From Prorocentrum cordatum (taxonomy: Eukaryota), in contig CAUYUJ010000151.1 in NCBI GenBank assembly GCA_963575745.1, positions 62,001-117,582 of the forward strand: a DNA stretch of 55,582 nt. Reading direction: 5' to 3'. Positions 23,298-32,090 of this stretch are shown here, in pieces. The first letter of the stretch is position 1. Every line of letters begins with the position of its first letter. The notes beneath the pieces were generated by a model that saw only the letters and a list, made by a program, of their open reading frames with translations, made no database searches and was not told the DNA's origin. A program made the translations under genes and the position numbers.

Positions 23298-25033
23298 CAA
23301 CCCACAATGCCTCCCAGACGCCCCCCCGAGCCCCAAGATTTCCCCCAAGAACCCAACGAAGCAAACATGTCAGAATCTCTTTTGGGCCGACGTGGAGGCC
23401 CCAAGAAGGCCTCCAGAAAACACCAAGGGCCAACCAAAAGGACCCGAAAAGGCGCCCTGGGAGGCCTCAAAAGCAAAACGCGGCAACCGCGAGTTCCCCA
23501 AGGGGTCGGCGGTGTGGCGTAAGCCTGAGACTCATAATTTGTAAGGAAGTCTCAGGCGAAACGCTCGGCCCGCCCTAACAACTGGCTCCGGGGTCCGACA
23601 GGGAGAAATTATTTACAAGTAAAAGGAGAGAAGGAGGGAGGGACGGAGGGAGGGAGGGAGGGAGGGAGGAGGCGGAGGAGGAGGAGGAACAGGATGAAGA
23701 AGAGGAGGCCGTGGAGCGTTGGAGGTAATGCTGCCTCTGCGGCGACTGTTGCACAGGGGGGTCGCCCTTTGGTGGGCGGGCTGGGCACGGGGGTGGGCTC
23801 GGTACAGCCAGTCCGCCCTGACCTTCGCCCCGTGCCCCCCCCTCCTCCCAACAGCGGCCTCTGTTTTGCATAGCCGACAGTGGTCGTTGCTTGTCTCTCC
23901 CTTTGTTTTCGCCTCGGGTCTTGCCCTGCGGGATCCGTGTTGCTGGTCAAACTGGTCATCAAGCTGGTCAAACAACATGAGGAAGCCTCTTCAGGCCCTC
24001 TTGGGGCCTCAAGAGGCCTCAAGAGGGGAAGAAGAGGGCCCAAGAGGCCTCTTGAGGCCTCAAGAGGCCTCAAGAGGAGGAAGAGTGCCTCAAGAGGCCT
24101 CAAGAGGCCTCTTGGGGCCATCGAGGAAGAAGAGGAGGCCTCTCGAGGCCCTCCTGGGGCCTCCGCAGAACCCGTCTCCGGAGCCTTCCGGCACGCCATG
24201 CTGGCCACCTCCTCGAGCCACGCCTGGCCCGCGGGCACGGGGCGCCCCTCCGAGGCCCACAAGAGGCCGTCTTCGTCTTCGTCGTCGTCGTCGTGCTGTC
24301 GTCGTCGTGCTGTCGCTGTCGTCGTCGTAATGTCGTCGTCGTGCTGTCGTCGTCGTCGTCGTCGTCCTCGAGGGGCGAACTTGCAGCCTCGAGTTTCGAG
24401 ACGGCGCGGGCCTCCCGCGAGCGACGGCAGCAAGGGGTCCTGCCAGAGGAACAAGCGCCTGGACTCCGCGCACCAGTGGGTCAAGTTCCCCGCGCCGTCT
24501 GGAGTCCACAGCGGCTCCTCGAGGCGTGGGTCCAAGAATGGAGATGGAGGCGCTGACTGAGTGATCGATGCACCCGTAGCCCAGCGGGCCCCTCGGACTG
24601 GAGGAGCGTCATATCATATCCAACCGTGAACGCTTCTCGCACACGTGCTCTTTTTGAGGGGAAGGTGCTCCTCCTCCTCCTCCTCCTTCTCCTCCTCCTC
24701 CTCCTCCTCCTCCTCCTTGGTCCTTCTCTTCGCTCCTCCTCCTCCTCCTCCTCTTCCTCCTCCTCCTCCTTCTCCTCAAACTCCTCCTCCTCCTCCTGCT
24801 CCTCCTCCTCCGACTCTTCTCTTCTCTTCTCTTCTCTTCTCTTCTCTTCTCTTCTCTTCTCCTCCTCCTCCTCCTGCTCCTGCTCCTCCTCCTCCTCCCT
24901 CCTCTCCTCCCTCCCTATCCCTCCCTCCCTCCACCCTCTCCTCTGCTCATCCCCCCTCCCTCCCTACCTCCCTCCCTCCCTCCCTTTTCCTCCTTCTCCT
25001 CCTCCTCCTTCCTCCTCCTCATCATCATCCTCC

Positions 25034-25073
<40 letters not shown>

Positions 25074-25353
25074 TCATCATCATTACCATCATGAGAATCA
25101 CCATCATCATCATCATCACCATCATCATCAGCAGCAGCATCATCATCAGCATCGTCATCATCATCAGCAGCATCATCATCAAAATCAGTATCAGCAGCAT
25201 CAGCATCATCACCATCGTCATCATCAGCTGCAGCATCATCATACTCATCATCATCAGCATCATCAGCATCCTCCTCCCCCACCTCCTCCTCCTCCTCCTC
25301 CTCATCATCATCATCAACATCTTCGTAATCATCATCATCATCATCATCAGCAT

Positions 25354-25384
<31 letters not shown>

Positions 25385-25489
25385 AGCAGCATCATCCTCG
25401 TCATCAACAACAGCACCAGCATCACAATCAGAAGCATCGGCATCAGCATCATCAGCATCATCGTCATCACCATCAGCAGCAATATGAGC

Positions 25490-25619
25490 ATCCCCACCCG
25501 ATCTTCTTGTCAGGCCAGCCTCTCGACGTTGTCTGTTCGCAGATCACTCTCCAGCCAAGACGCAGCTGCTCGGCGCGTCCGAAAGGGACGCCACGCCAGA
25601 GAGAAAATCCAGCGACCTC
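25490..25619 (-). repeat. Split direct repeat B2 (130 bp, 3' terminus of the DIRS element)
   Basis: Identical to 25756-25885; abuts the host (CAT)n tract. Confidence 0.95.
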
Positions 25620-25673
25620 TCCAGCGACTAACAGGAAGCATCTATACACAGGCTCAAGGGTGGGCGGGCTTGG

Positions 25674-25757
25674 TTGAGCCCAAAAACCCACGGAAGCGAT
25701 TAGCATCGACGGCCTGACCTCTAGACCGATGGGGAAAGACATGCACGCAAAGGATAT
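25674..25757 (-). repeat. Split direct repeat A2 (84 bp)
   Basis: Identical to 32092-32175; overlaps B1 by the AT dinucleotide. Confidence 0.95.
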
Positions 25758-25885
25758 CCCCACCCGATCTTCTTGTCAGGCCAGCCTCTCGACGTTGTCT
25801 GTTCGCAGATCACTCTCCAGCCAAGACGCAGCTGCTCGGCGCGTCCGAAAGGGACGCCACGCCAGAGAGAAAATCCAGCGACCTC
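25756..25885 (-). repeat. Split direct repeat B1 (130 bp)
   Basis: Identical to 25490-25619. Confidence 0.95.
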
Positions 25886-25918
25886 AAAGCATCTAACTCC
25901 AAAAGATTCTCCTGGCCG

Positions 25919-26716
25919 TCAGGCCGTCATTCGCATCAAGGCACGGTGCACTGAACAGAGCCTAGACTCACGGTACGCCTTCGCGAGCAAACTGGACAAT
26001 TTGGGCGGGTATGGTTCAGCGATCTTTGTCCAGAAGGCGCCAGACGGCGCCTTGCCCTCGAGGGCTTTGTGCGGCGCCAGCGAAAAAGAGCAACAGCCAC
26101 GGCCACTGCACTTACAGCTACACAGGGCGTCTAGGTTCACGTGCACATACATGACTCTGGTACGTTTTCTCCATTGCGTGCCAAAAGCACAGAAGTCAAA
26201 GTCGATCACCTTCACGTTGGTCTGCTTGGCGGCATGTACCGCCCACTTGGTCTGCCACACCCACGAGGTGGCTGGGTTCTCGATTGCCGCTGGGACTCCA
26301 CGCAGGGCGCACTCCAGAAAGAAGCTGAAGGAGAAGCACGCGAGCCTGTTCCCTAGCATCACTTTGAGCGAGTCGCCTGACGAGAGGCCAGGGAGTCCCA
26401 GCAAGTGTTGTCCATCACGCAAGGCCGGGGGCCCGTTGGGCCTATTCCGAGCCATGGACCAGGAACTGCAGGGCATACCCAGCCAGACACCCTGAAGCAG
26501 CTGCCCTCGAAGCCAGCCTCGAACGACACGTTGCACGCCTCGCCTGGAGAGGTCGGCCAGGCCGGGCTCGTGCTCCATGTCCAGCTCGAAAACACGTGGG
26601 GCCAGCCGAGAGGCCTGGCCTTGTCGCATGGCACGCGACCAGCTCCCAGAGCCACTGAAGATCTCCAGGTACACCTTCGACTTGGCGGTGTGGGCCCACG
26701 AGCTCAGATTCTGCAT
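25919..26716 (-). CDS. C5-cytosine DNA methyltransferase domain (265 aa if started at Met 26716; otherwise the C-terminus of pol)
   Basis: Ordered C5-MTase motifs: I LEIFSGSG, II ELD, IV GMPCSSWS (catalytic PC), VI IENP, VIII CAFG..WRKRT and X-like YPPKL. Confidence 0.88.
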   Translation of the reverse strand: MQNLSSWAHTAKSKVYLEIFSGSGSWSRAMRQGQASRLAPRVFELDMEHEPGLADLSRRGVQRVVRGWLRGQLLQGVWLGMPCSSWSMARNRPNGPPALRDGQHLLGLPGLSSGDSLKVMLGNRLACFSFSFFLECALRGVPAAIENPATSWVWQTKWAVHAAKQTNVKVIDFDFCAFGTQWRKRTRVMYVHVNLDALCSCKCSGRGCCSFSLAPHKALEGKAPSGAFWTKIAEPYPPKLSSLLAKAYRESRLCSVHRALMRMTA

Positions 26717-29700
26717 AGGGTGCTGCCAATAGTCACGGCGCAGCCGAGGGCCTGAGCTTGCTGCACTGGTCGTAGACGCTGGAGCTGCTCTTAGACACGG
26801 CCTCCCTTTGCATAGCGCTTGAGACTCCGATCGGACTCCCACCGTCCCCTTTTCTTGATGTCCCCGAACTCCCGAGCGCTGGTTAGCATCTCGTGGCTGG
26901 CACCGCCATGGCGCAGCTGGTACAGCACCGGGGGGCCCAGGGTCTCCAGGTCCAGGGCGGCGGACGCGAGGCTGAACGCCCGGGTCCATGACTTCATGCT
27001 CAACGCGAACAGCGGCTGCTCTGGGTGTCGGCCCAGCACCAGTCGGTCCAGCACCTGCTCCATCCAGCCGAACTCGGGGTTGTCCAGCAGCAGGCTGATG
27101 TCGTAATCCTTTGTCTTCGACCTCGCCTCGAGCTCGGCCGGGAACAGGAGGATGGAGTACTTGCTCAGGTGCCGGGGCCCGCACTTCACCGGCCGCACGA
27201 CCGAGACCACGCGCAGGGACAGCAGCTCGGATGGGCGCAGGTAGAGGATGAAGGCCAGCACAGACGCCGTCGCCGCCGCCTCGCACCCGTTCGTCGCCAT
27301 CCAGTCCGCCATCCACGCCACCACCGGCCAAGGCAAGGGCAGGCGAGCCCGGGGGGGCGCCATGGACTTCCAACCCTTCAGTGCCCGCTGCACGCGCGGC
27401 ATGTTGATCAACTTGGGCAGCAGGTCCAACCGGAAGTGGGTCACGGCAGCCGCCAGCTTCGACCCGTCCGGCGAGTCGTGGCCCTCGAAGTACAACTCGT
27501 TGAAGTACTCCAGGAGCGTCTCCTCCAGCTCTGGGATGGTGGACACTGGAAGCCTCGCAGCAGCGGCCCAGGTCAGGAAACGGTGGTATCGGGCCTGGTA
27601 GTCCAGCGTCGTCCTGTTGCCCACCGCCTTCTGCTCCAGGAACGACCGCTGTCCGGGCCCCCGCCAGTGGGCGCCCTCTGGATGCCTGGCCCGCCGCCGC
27701 TTCGCCCGGGCGGTCCGCTCCAGTGGCTCCGCTGCCAGGTCCAGCCCCAGTGTCGAAGCCGCCGCCGAGGAAGAGGTCCGCCCCGTCGGGGTCCCAGCTC
27801 GCCTCTTGCTCGAGGCCAGGCGGGGGCCCGAAGGTAGGCTGCCTCGCGCCAGGAGGCCGCCTGACGTCGGAGTCGGCGCCGTGGCTACCACCAACGGTGC
27901 TGGGGCAGCAGGTAGCTGCTGCCGACGAAGCATAGCCCACGCCTGGCAGGTTCCTGGAGGCGCGGTCCGCGGAGTTCCGCTCGGAAGGTACCCAGCGCCA
28001 AAAGAAGGCAGTGCCGCTAGCCAGCGAAAGAGCCGCCAGCTGCCGGCAGATGCGCCCCATCTCTGGGCGCGAGGACCGCCCCTTGGTGGCAGCCAGGATC
28101 GTTCCCAGACAATCGCCCAAGCACAGATGGCACCGGTTGAAGGATGAGAGACGCCGAAGGATATGCCGAACAGCCACCACCATCCCGCGACCTTCCAGAA
28201 CGACTTGAGGTTCCGAACGACACCATCTGTGCGACACGACCGGGTACCACCCCTCCGCCCAGACGCCCTCAGGGATCTCCGGGAACTCCTCATTCTCCAC
28301 CTGGGTCACCTCCTCCACCTCGAACGCGGAGCCTGACACAACGAACTCCTCATCCTCCTCCAAGTCCGTGATCACCTCCTGGAAGCCCCCGGGGTCCTCG
28401 AAGGTTGCGATCGACTCGGGCACGAAGGGGTCTCCAGAGCTCTGAGCCTTCAGGGCGAGGGACCGATGTGAGACGCCACCCTCCTGAGTCTTGCTGAATC
28501 TCCACCTCTCGTTGTACCGTGATAACTCCAGCGCAACAGCTGATGACGATGTTTTCTGAGTGACCCCCACGCCCCACCACGATGCGTCGACCATCGTGAG
28601 CCTGCTGTCAAACGCGGCTCCCGCGTCTCGGAAGCAGAACACGACAAGACTGGCGCACCAGCGGAGCTCGCGCAGGCAAGAGGGCCACAGCCGAGCAGTT
28701 CGCCCACCATACTGGGCAGAAAAAGCGTACAGCGAGTTGAGACAGGACAGAAGCTCGCGCCGAATCAGCGCCCTCGATGTAAAGTGTGAGACCACACGTG
28801 AGACCGTCTTGCCCGAAGCGAAGCCCTTCCGGCACAGCTCCAGGCAGGCCAGCCGTAGCTTCCACCGCAGCGCCGGGTTCAGCCCGATGATCGGGAACTT
28901 CTCGTCGAACTGCCAGCCCAGCGCGGCCGCGCCGAAACTGCACTCGACCCCGTGGGTGGGTAGGCCAGCCGCTCGGAGCTCAGAGTCGACCGCAGCGGCA
29001 GCCGCAGACGCCACCGACGGGTCGGTCGAGAGGCTCAGCGCGTTGTCCACGTACTCGGTGTGAATCACGTCGCTGGTCACGCCCGGCACAGGCCGCCTGT
29101 CTACGAAGCGGTTGGCCACGGTCAGCTGGGGCACCTGCAGCGCGGTCGCCTCCAACATCGTCTGGCAGATCCAGAGGCTGAAGGAGCAACCCATCGGCGG
29201 GCAACGGAAGCAGGGATAGACCACGTCCGTCCCGCTGAGAGGGCGCCCGTCCGAGGTGCGGTCAAGCCCCAGCAGGCCCGCGCGGCAGCTCGGCAGCGCA
29301 AAGTACCGTCGGAACTCCGGCGGCAGCAGCATCGTGTAGAAGGCGTCGGCCAGGTCCACCTCGGCCACGGCGATGGGCTTCCCGCTGTCCACGTGAAGGC
29401 CAGCGAAGCTCGCGCCAGACGCGAGGGCCACCTTGTCCGGGGCCCGGAAGTGCAGGGACGCATGTCTGCCGTCCAGGATGAGCCGCAGCTTCCCCGACTT
29501 CTTGTATACGAAGAACACACCCACACTGCACGCCTTGTCACTGTAGTAGTCGATGAGGTTCCGGCGCTCCAGGATCCGCAGCAGCTGGATGTACAGCTTG
29601 GGGTTCCTGAGCGCCGGGTCGATGTAGAGCTTCCGAGGACCGTCGGACTCGATCCGAGCCCGACCCTCGGACTGGGACAGCATCATATCATGAAGCCGTT

Positions 29701-30277
29701 CAACTATCTTGCGGCCAGCTCCTCCTCCCAGCGTGTCCAGCGCCACCGGCGTGAAACCCTCATCTGGGAGCGAGAGGCTGTTGATGTTATCAAAGCTGAA
29801 CGGAGCGACCGTGGCACTCTCGCCGGCGTAGTCGCTGAGAACTCGAAGCTCCTCAAGGGCTCCTGAGCCAGTCAATCCCTCCGGGGGCTTACCGAACCGT
29901 CGGACAGCGTCTCGAACGTTGTCCAAGGCCCGCTGCTGACCCGCAGAGACAGGCTGCGAGTGGTCGCCGTGGCTACAGGGCTGGCCGACGTACAGCTCGT
30001 TGAGGGCATTCACCACCTCACTCACCATGGCATCGGCATGACCCCGACGAAGACCACGACGGGCCACAGAACGTGTGCAAGCGAAGCTGTTCGCCTCTGA
30101 ACGGACCTGACGCTGTTGATCAGGACGTGGCAGTGGAAATAGATCACGTTGGCGCCCACAAGGCATGCCCTTGAAGTGCTCATCACCAGCGAGTGGCGGG
30201 CCACCACCGCTGGGCCCCCCTCCAGAAACGCGCGGACCGCCGGGGGGAAGCGGCCCGCGTGGTAGTACGCCCGTCAT
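25919..30277 (-). CDS. DIRS pol: reverse transcriptase + RNase H, open in frame to a C-terminal C5-MTase (1452 aa from ATG 30277)
   Basis: RT motifs VFFVYKKSGKLRLILDGR, VDLADAFY, PPMGCSFS and YVDN. RNase H motifs VDASWWG, LEGR, LGDC and WVPSERNSADRASR. Confidence 0.92.
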   Translation of the reverse strand: MTGVLPRGPLPPGGPRVSGGGPSGGGPPLAGDEHFKGMPCGRQRDLFPLPRPDQQRQVRSEANSFACTRSVARRGLRRGHADAMVSEVVNALNELYVGQPCSHGDHSQPVSAGQQRALDNVRDAVRRFGKPPEGLTGSGALEELRVLSDYAGESATVAPFSFDNINSLSLPDEGFTPVALDTLGGGAGRKIVERLHDMMLSQSEGRARIESDGPRKLYIDPALRNPKLYIQLLRILERRNLIDYYSDKACSVGVFFVYKKSGKLRLILDGRHASLHFRAPDKVALASGASFAGLHVDSGKPIAVAEVDLADAFYTMLLPPEFRRYFALPSCRAGLLGLDRTSDGRPLSGTDVVYPCFRCPPMGCSFSLWICQTMLEATALQVPQLTVANRFVDRRPVPGVTSDVIHTEYVDNALSLSTDPSVASAAAAAVDSELRAAGLPTHGVECSFGAAALGWQFDEKFPIIGLNPALRWKLRLACLELCRKGFASGKTVSRVVSHFTSRALIRRELLSCLNSLYAFSAQYGGRTARLWPSCLRELRWCASLVVFCFRDAGAAFDSRLTMVDASWWGVGVTQKTSSSAVALELSRYNERWRFSKTQEGGVSHRSLALKAQSSGDPFVPESIATFEDPGGFQEVITDLEEDEEFVVSGSAFEVEEVTQVENEEFPEIPEGVWAEGWYPVVSHRWCRSEPQVVLEGRGMVVAVRHILRRLSSFNRCHLCLGDCLGTILAATKGRSSRPEMGRICRQLAALSLASGTAFFWRWVPSERNSADRASRNLPGVGYASSAAATCCPSTVGGSHGADSDVRRPPGARQPTFGPPPGLEQEASWDPDGADLFLGGGFDTGAGPGSGATGADRPGEAAAGQASRGRPLAGARTAVVPGAEGGGQQDDAGLPGPIPPFPDLGRCCEASSVHHPRAGGDAPGVLQRVVLRGPRLAGRVEAGGCRDPLPVGPAAQVDQHAARAAGTEGLEVHGAPPGSPALALAGGGVDGGLDGDERVRGGGDGVCAGLHPLPAPIRAAVPARGLGRAAGEVRAPAPEQVLHPPVPGRARGEVEDKGLRHQPAAGQPRVRLDGAGAGPTGAGPTPRAAAVRVEHEVMDPGVQPRVRRPGPGDPGPPGAVPAAPWRCQPRDANQRSGVRGHQEKGTVGVRSESQALCKGRPCLRAAPASTTSAASSGPRLRRDYWQHPMQNLSSWAHTAKSKVYLEIFSGSGSWSRAMRQGQASRLAPRVFELDMEHEPGLADLSRRGVQRVVRGWLRGQLLQGVWLGMPCSSWSMARNRPNGPPALRDGQHLLGLPGLSSGDSLKVMLGNRLACFSFSFFLECALRGVPAAIENPATSWVWQTKWAVHAAKQTNVKVIDFDFCAFGTQWRKRTRVMYVHVNLDALCSCKCSGRGCCSFSLAPHKALEGKAPSGAFWTKIAEPYPPKLSSLLAKAYRESRLCSVHRALMRMTA
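26791..27933 (-). CDS. Tyrosine recombinase nested within pol in another frame (380 aa from ATG 27933)
   Basis: Catalytic set LYLRPSEL (R), SKT (K), YQLRHGGAS (H/Y-x-x-R), GRW and KRY (Y nucleophile). Preceded by a core-binding-like region (TTLDYQARYHRFLTW...). The start codon is uncertain. Confidence 0.92.
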   Translation of the reverse strand: MLRRQQLPAAPAPLVVATAPTPTSGGLLARGSLPSGPRLASSKRRAGTPTGRTSSSAAASTLGLDLAAEPLERTARAKRRRARHPEGAHWRGPGQRSFLEQKAVGNRTTLDYQARYHRFLTWAAAARLPVSTIPELEETLLEYFNELYFEGHDSPDGSKLAAAVTHFRLDLLPKLINMPRVQRALKGWKSMAPPRARLPLPWPVVAWMADWMATNGCEAAATASVLAFILYLRPSELLSLRVVSVVRPVKCGPRHLSKYSILLFPAELEARSKTKDYDISLLLDNPEFGWMEQVLDRLVLGRHPEQPLFALSMKSWTRAFSLASAALDLETLGPPVLYQLRHGGASHEMLTSAREFGDIKKRGRWESDRSLKRYAKGGRV

Positions 30278-31728
30278 TTTCGCAAGGCCCGCTGCTCCTC
30301 GCGGGCCTTGCGTACTTGCTTCAACACCGAAGCGTCCCTCTCCACCTCCTTCGCCACGTGCTCCAAGAGCAAGGGACAGATCATGCTCTCCCCGTGGTCT
30401 CGGCTGAGACCGGTGAAGACAGCGCTCTCGTCGATGAAACCGAAACTCAGCAAGCTGTGACTGCCGCTCCCCCGACCACGACCCTTCTTGCCAGTCTTCT
30501 TGTTCTCGTTGGCCTCGCCGCCGTCCCCGACGCCATGGCCACCGTGGTGCGGGTCCCGGTCCATCACGTAGACGTACTCGTACATCTGACACTTCCGAAG
30601 GATCTGCTCGGCGCCCGCGATGTTCGGCAGGTCGAGGCCGTCCCAGCACGCCATCGTGTAGATCGCGCGCATCCCGGCCTCGTAGTCATTCACGCCGTAG
30701 TCGTCGGCCGCCAGCCCGAGGGTCGCCTTCCAGAACCTGAAATGGTCCAGCGGCCCTCCCTGCCGACGGTCGATGAACTTGCAGCACCACAAGCAGGTCC
30801 GCGGACCGGGGATGTGCCAGTCCACGAAGGCCTCCTCGGTGAAGCTGGCGACGGCGTCGCGCCACTGCCGCAGCAGCCTCCCGCCTGGGACCGCAGGGTT
30901 CGGCAGGATCCCCATCAGACGGGCGTCCGACGCGGCCTCTCGCCCAGCGTACTCCTGGGCCGATCCTGAGATCGAGCGGATCGTCACCCAGGAGCCGTCG
31001 GCCAGCGGCATGAGCCCGACGGACCCTCGCAGCACCGAGCCAGCGGGCGGGGCCACGGCAGTCCCGCGCGCGCCAGCCGTCGTCGACTCGACCAGCACCC
31101 ACATGGCGGCGGCGGCCATGCCTGCCCCCGCAGGAGCGGCAGCTCCGCCAGCAGCACCTGCGCCAGCTCCACCCGCTCCTCCGACGGCAGCACCAGGTAC
31201 CCCTCCAGCGGCGACCAGAGCAGCAGCCTGCGCCCCTGGGGCCACCACCGCCGCCACATCACCTGCCTCCGCCAGGGCGGCAGGGCCGCCCTGACCGAAG
31301 GTCAGTGGGATGAGGAAAGGCCCCGCCGGCGCTCCCAGCCCAAGACGATGGTGGTCGGCCGCCAGCGCCGCCCTGCAGTAGTCCACGGCCGCCTGGTCGA
31401 TCTGCTGCTGCTCTTGCTGCGTCAAGTCCCGCCTGAAGCGGTGTGAGTTCGCACCTCGAATCCCTGGCGGGAAGGACGCCCGCGTGCTGGCGTAGCGCAC
31501 GGCAATGATGTCGCTGCCGTCGCACGCGTAGTCCTCCTCGTAGATGTCGGTGTCCACGGTGCAGATCAGCACAACGTGCGGTGACCCGACCTCAGCTGGA
31601 ACTCTCGCCCGACGCCCCAAGATCAGCCGCTGGTGCCACAATGGCTCGCCGTCGTAGCGAACCCAAGCCCATTGCTGCATCTCCGGCGCTGCCGCCACTG
31701 CTGGGGCCACGATCGCCGCCGCCATCAT
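30274..31728 (-). CDS. DIRS ORF1, Gag-like protein (484 aa)
   Basis: Long non-repetitive ORF with two globular-looking regions joined by an Ala/Gly linker, in the gag position. Its TGA overlaps the pol ATG (ATGA at 30277-30274). Confidence 0.8.
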   Translation of the reverse strand: MMAAAIVAPAVAAAPEMQQWAWVRYDGEPLWHQRLILGRRARVPAEVGSPHVVLICTVDTDIYEEDYACDGSDIIAVRYASTRASFPPGIRGANSHRFRRDLTQQEQQQIDQAAVDYCRAALAADHHRLGLGAPAGPFLIPLTFGQGGPAALAEAGDVAAVVAPGAQAAALVAAGGVPGAAVGGAGGAGAGAAGGAAAPAGAGMAAAAMWVLVESTTAGARGTAVAPPAGSVLRGSVGLMPLADGSWVTIRSISGSAQEYAGREAASDARLMGILPNPAVPGGRLLRQWRDAVASFTEEAFVDWHIPGPRTCLWCCKFIDRRQGGPLDHFRFWKATLGLAADDYGVNDYEAGMRAIYTMACWDGLDLPNIAGAEQILRKCQMYEYVYVMDRDPHHGGHGVGDGGEANENKKTGKKGRGRGSGSHSLLSFGFIDESAVFTGLSRDHGESMICPLLLEHVAKEVERDASVLKQVRKAREEQRALRK

Positions 31729-32068
31729 GACGACGCTTGCAGGTCAGCCACGCGCCGCCCCACCAGACGTACACGTACCAGCCAATGAGGCCCAGGAACA
31801 GCAGCTCGTTCACCAGCACGACCAGCCAGAAGGAGGACGCCGCGATGTCGGCCCCGGCCTCCTGCTCTGCCGGCGGCGCCGGGTTGGCAGGCGCCGGCCG
31901 TCCTCCCGGGCACGCCGGGCAGCCTGGGCACGGCGGGCAGGCCGCACACCCAGGGAACCCCGGACACGCCGGGATCGTGATCGAAGGGCAGCGCTGCAAA
32001 TTGCCGCCCCAGAGATATGCAAGAGCCCCCTGCCACGCGTATTGGGCTGCGGGCCAGAGGAAATCCAT
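31592..32068 (-). CDS. DIRS ORF0: 158-aa Cys/Pro-rich protein with a predicted transmembrane segment
   Basis: First ATG after repeat A1 (MDFLWP...). Contains CPSITIPACPGFPGCAACPPCPGCPACP, then the hydrophobic FWLVVLVNELLFLGLIGWYVYVWW followed by basic KRR. Overlaps the gag start in another frame. Confidence 0.6.
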   Translation of the reverse strand: MDFLWPAAQYAWQGALAYLWGGNLQRCPSITIPACPGFPGCAACPPCPGCPACPGGRPAPANPAPPAEQEAGADIAASSFWLVVLVNELLFLGLIGWYVYVWWGGAWLTCKRRHDGGGDRGPSSGGSAGDAAMGLGSLRRRAIVAPAADLGASGESSS

Positions 32069-32090
32069 TCGCACTGCCTGGATGCGAATT

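Larger units (their letters stand above)
21312..23519. mobile_element. 2.2-kb non-coding insertion bounded by 17-bp perfect inverted repeats
   Basis: CCGCCGACCCCTTGGGG at 21312-21328 and its reverse complement at 23496-23512; it splits the 82-bp-array element. Confidence 0.65.

Noticed and set aside
30278..30649. N-terminal extension of the 1576-aa pol ORF
   Set aside because: It starts at a non-ATG codon and is an alternate frame of gag. ATG 30277 overlapping the gag stop is the more plausible start.
27025..31294. Plus-strand ORFs antisense to the DIRS genes
   Set aside because: Expected shadows of high-GC3 coding sequence, with no motifs.
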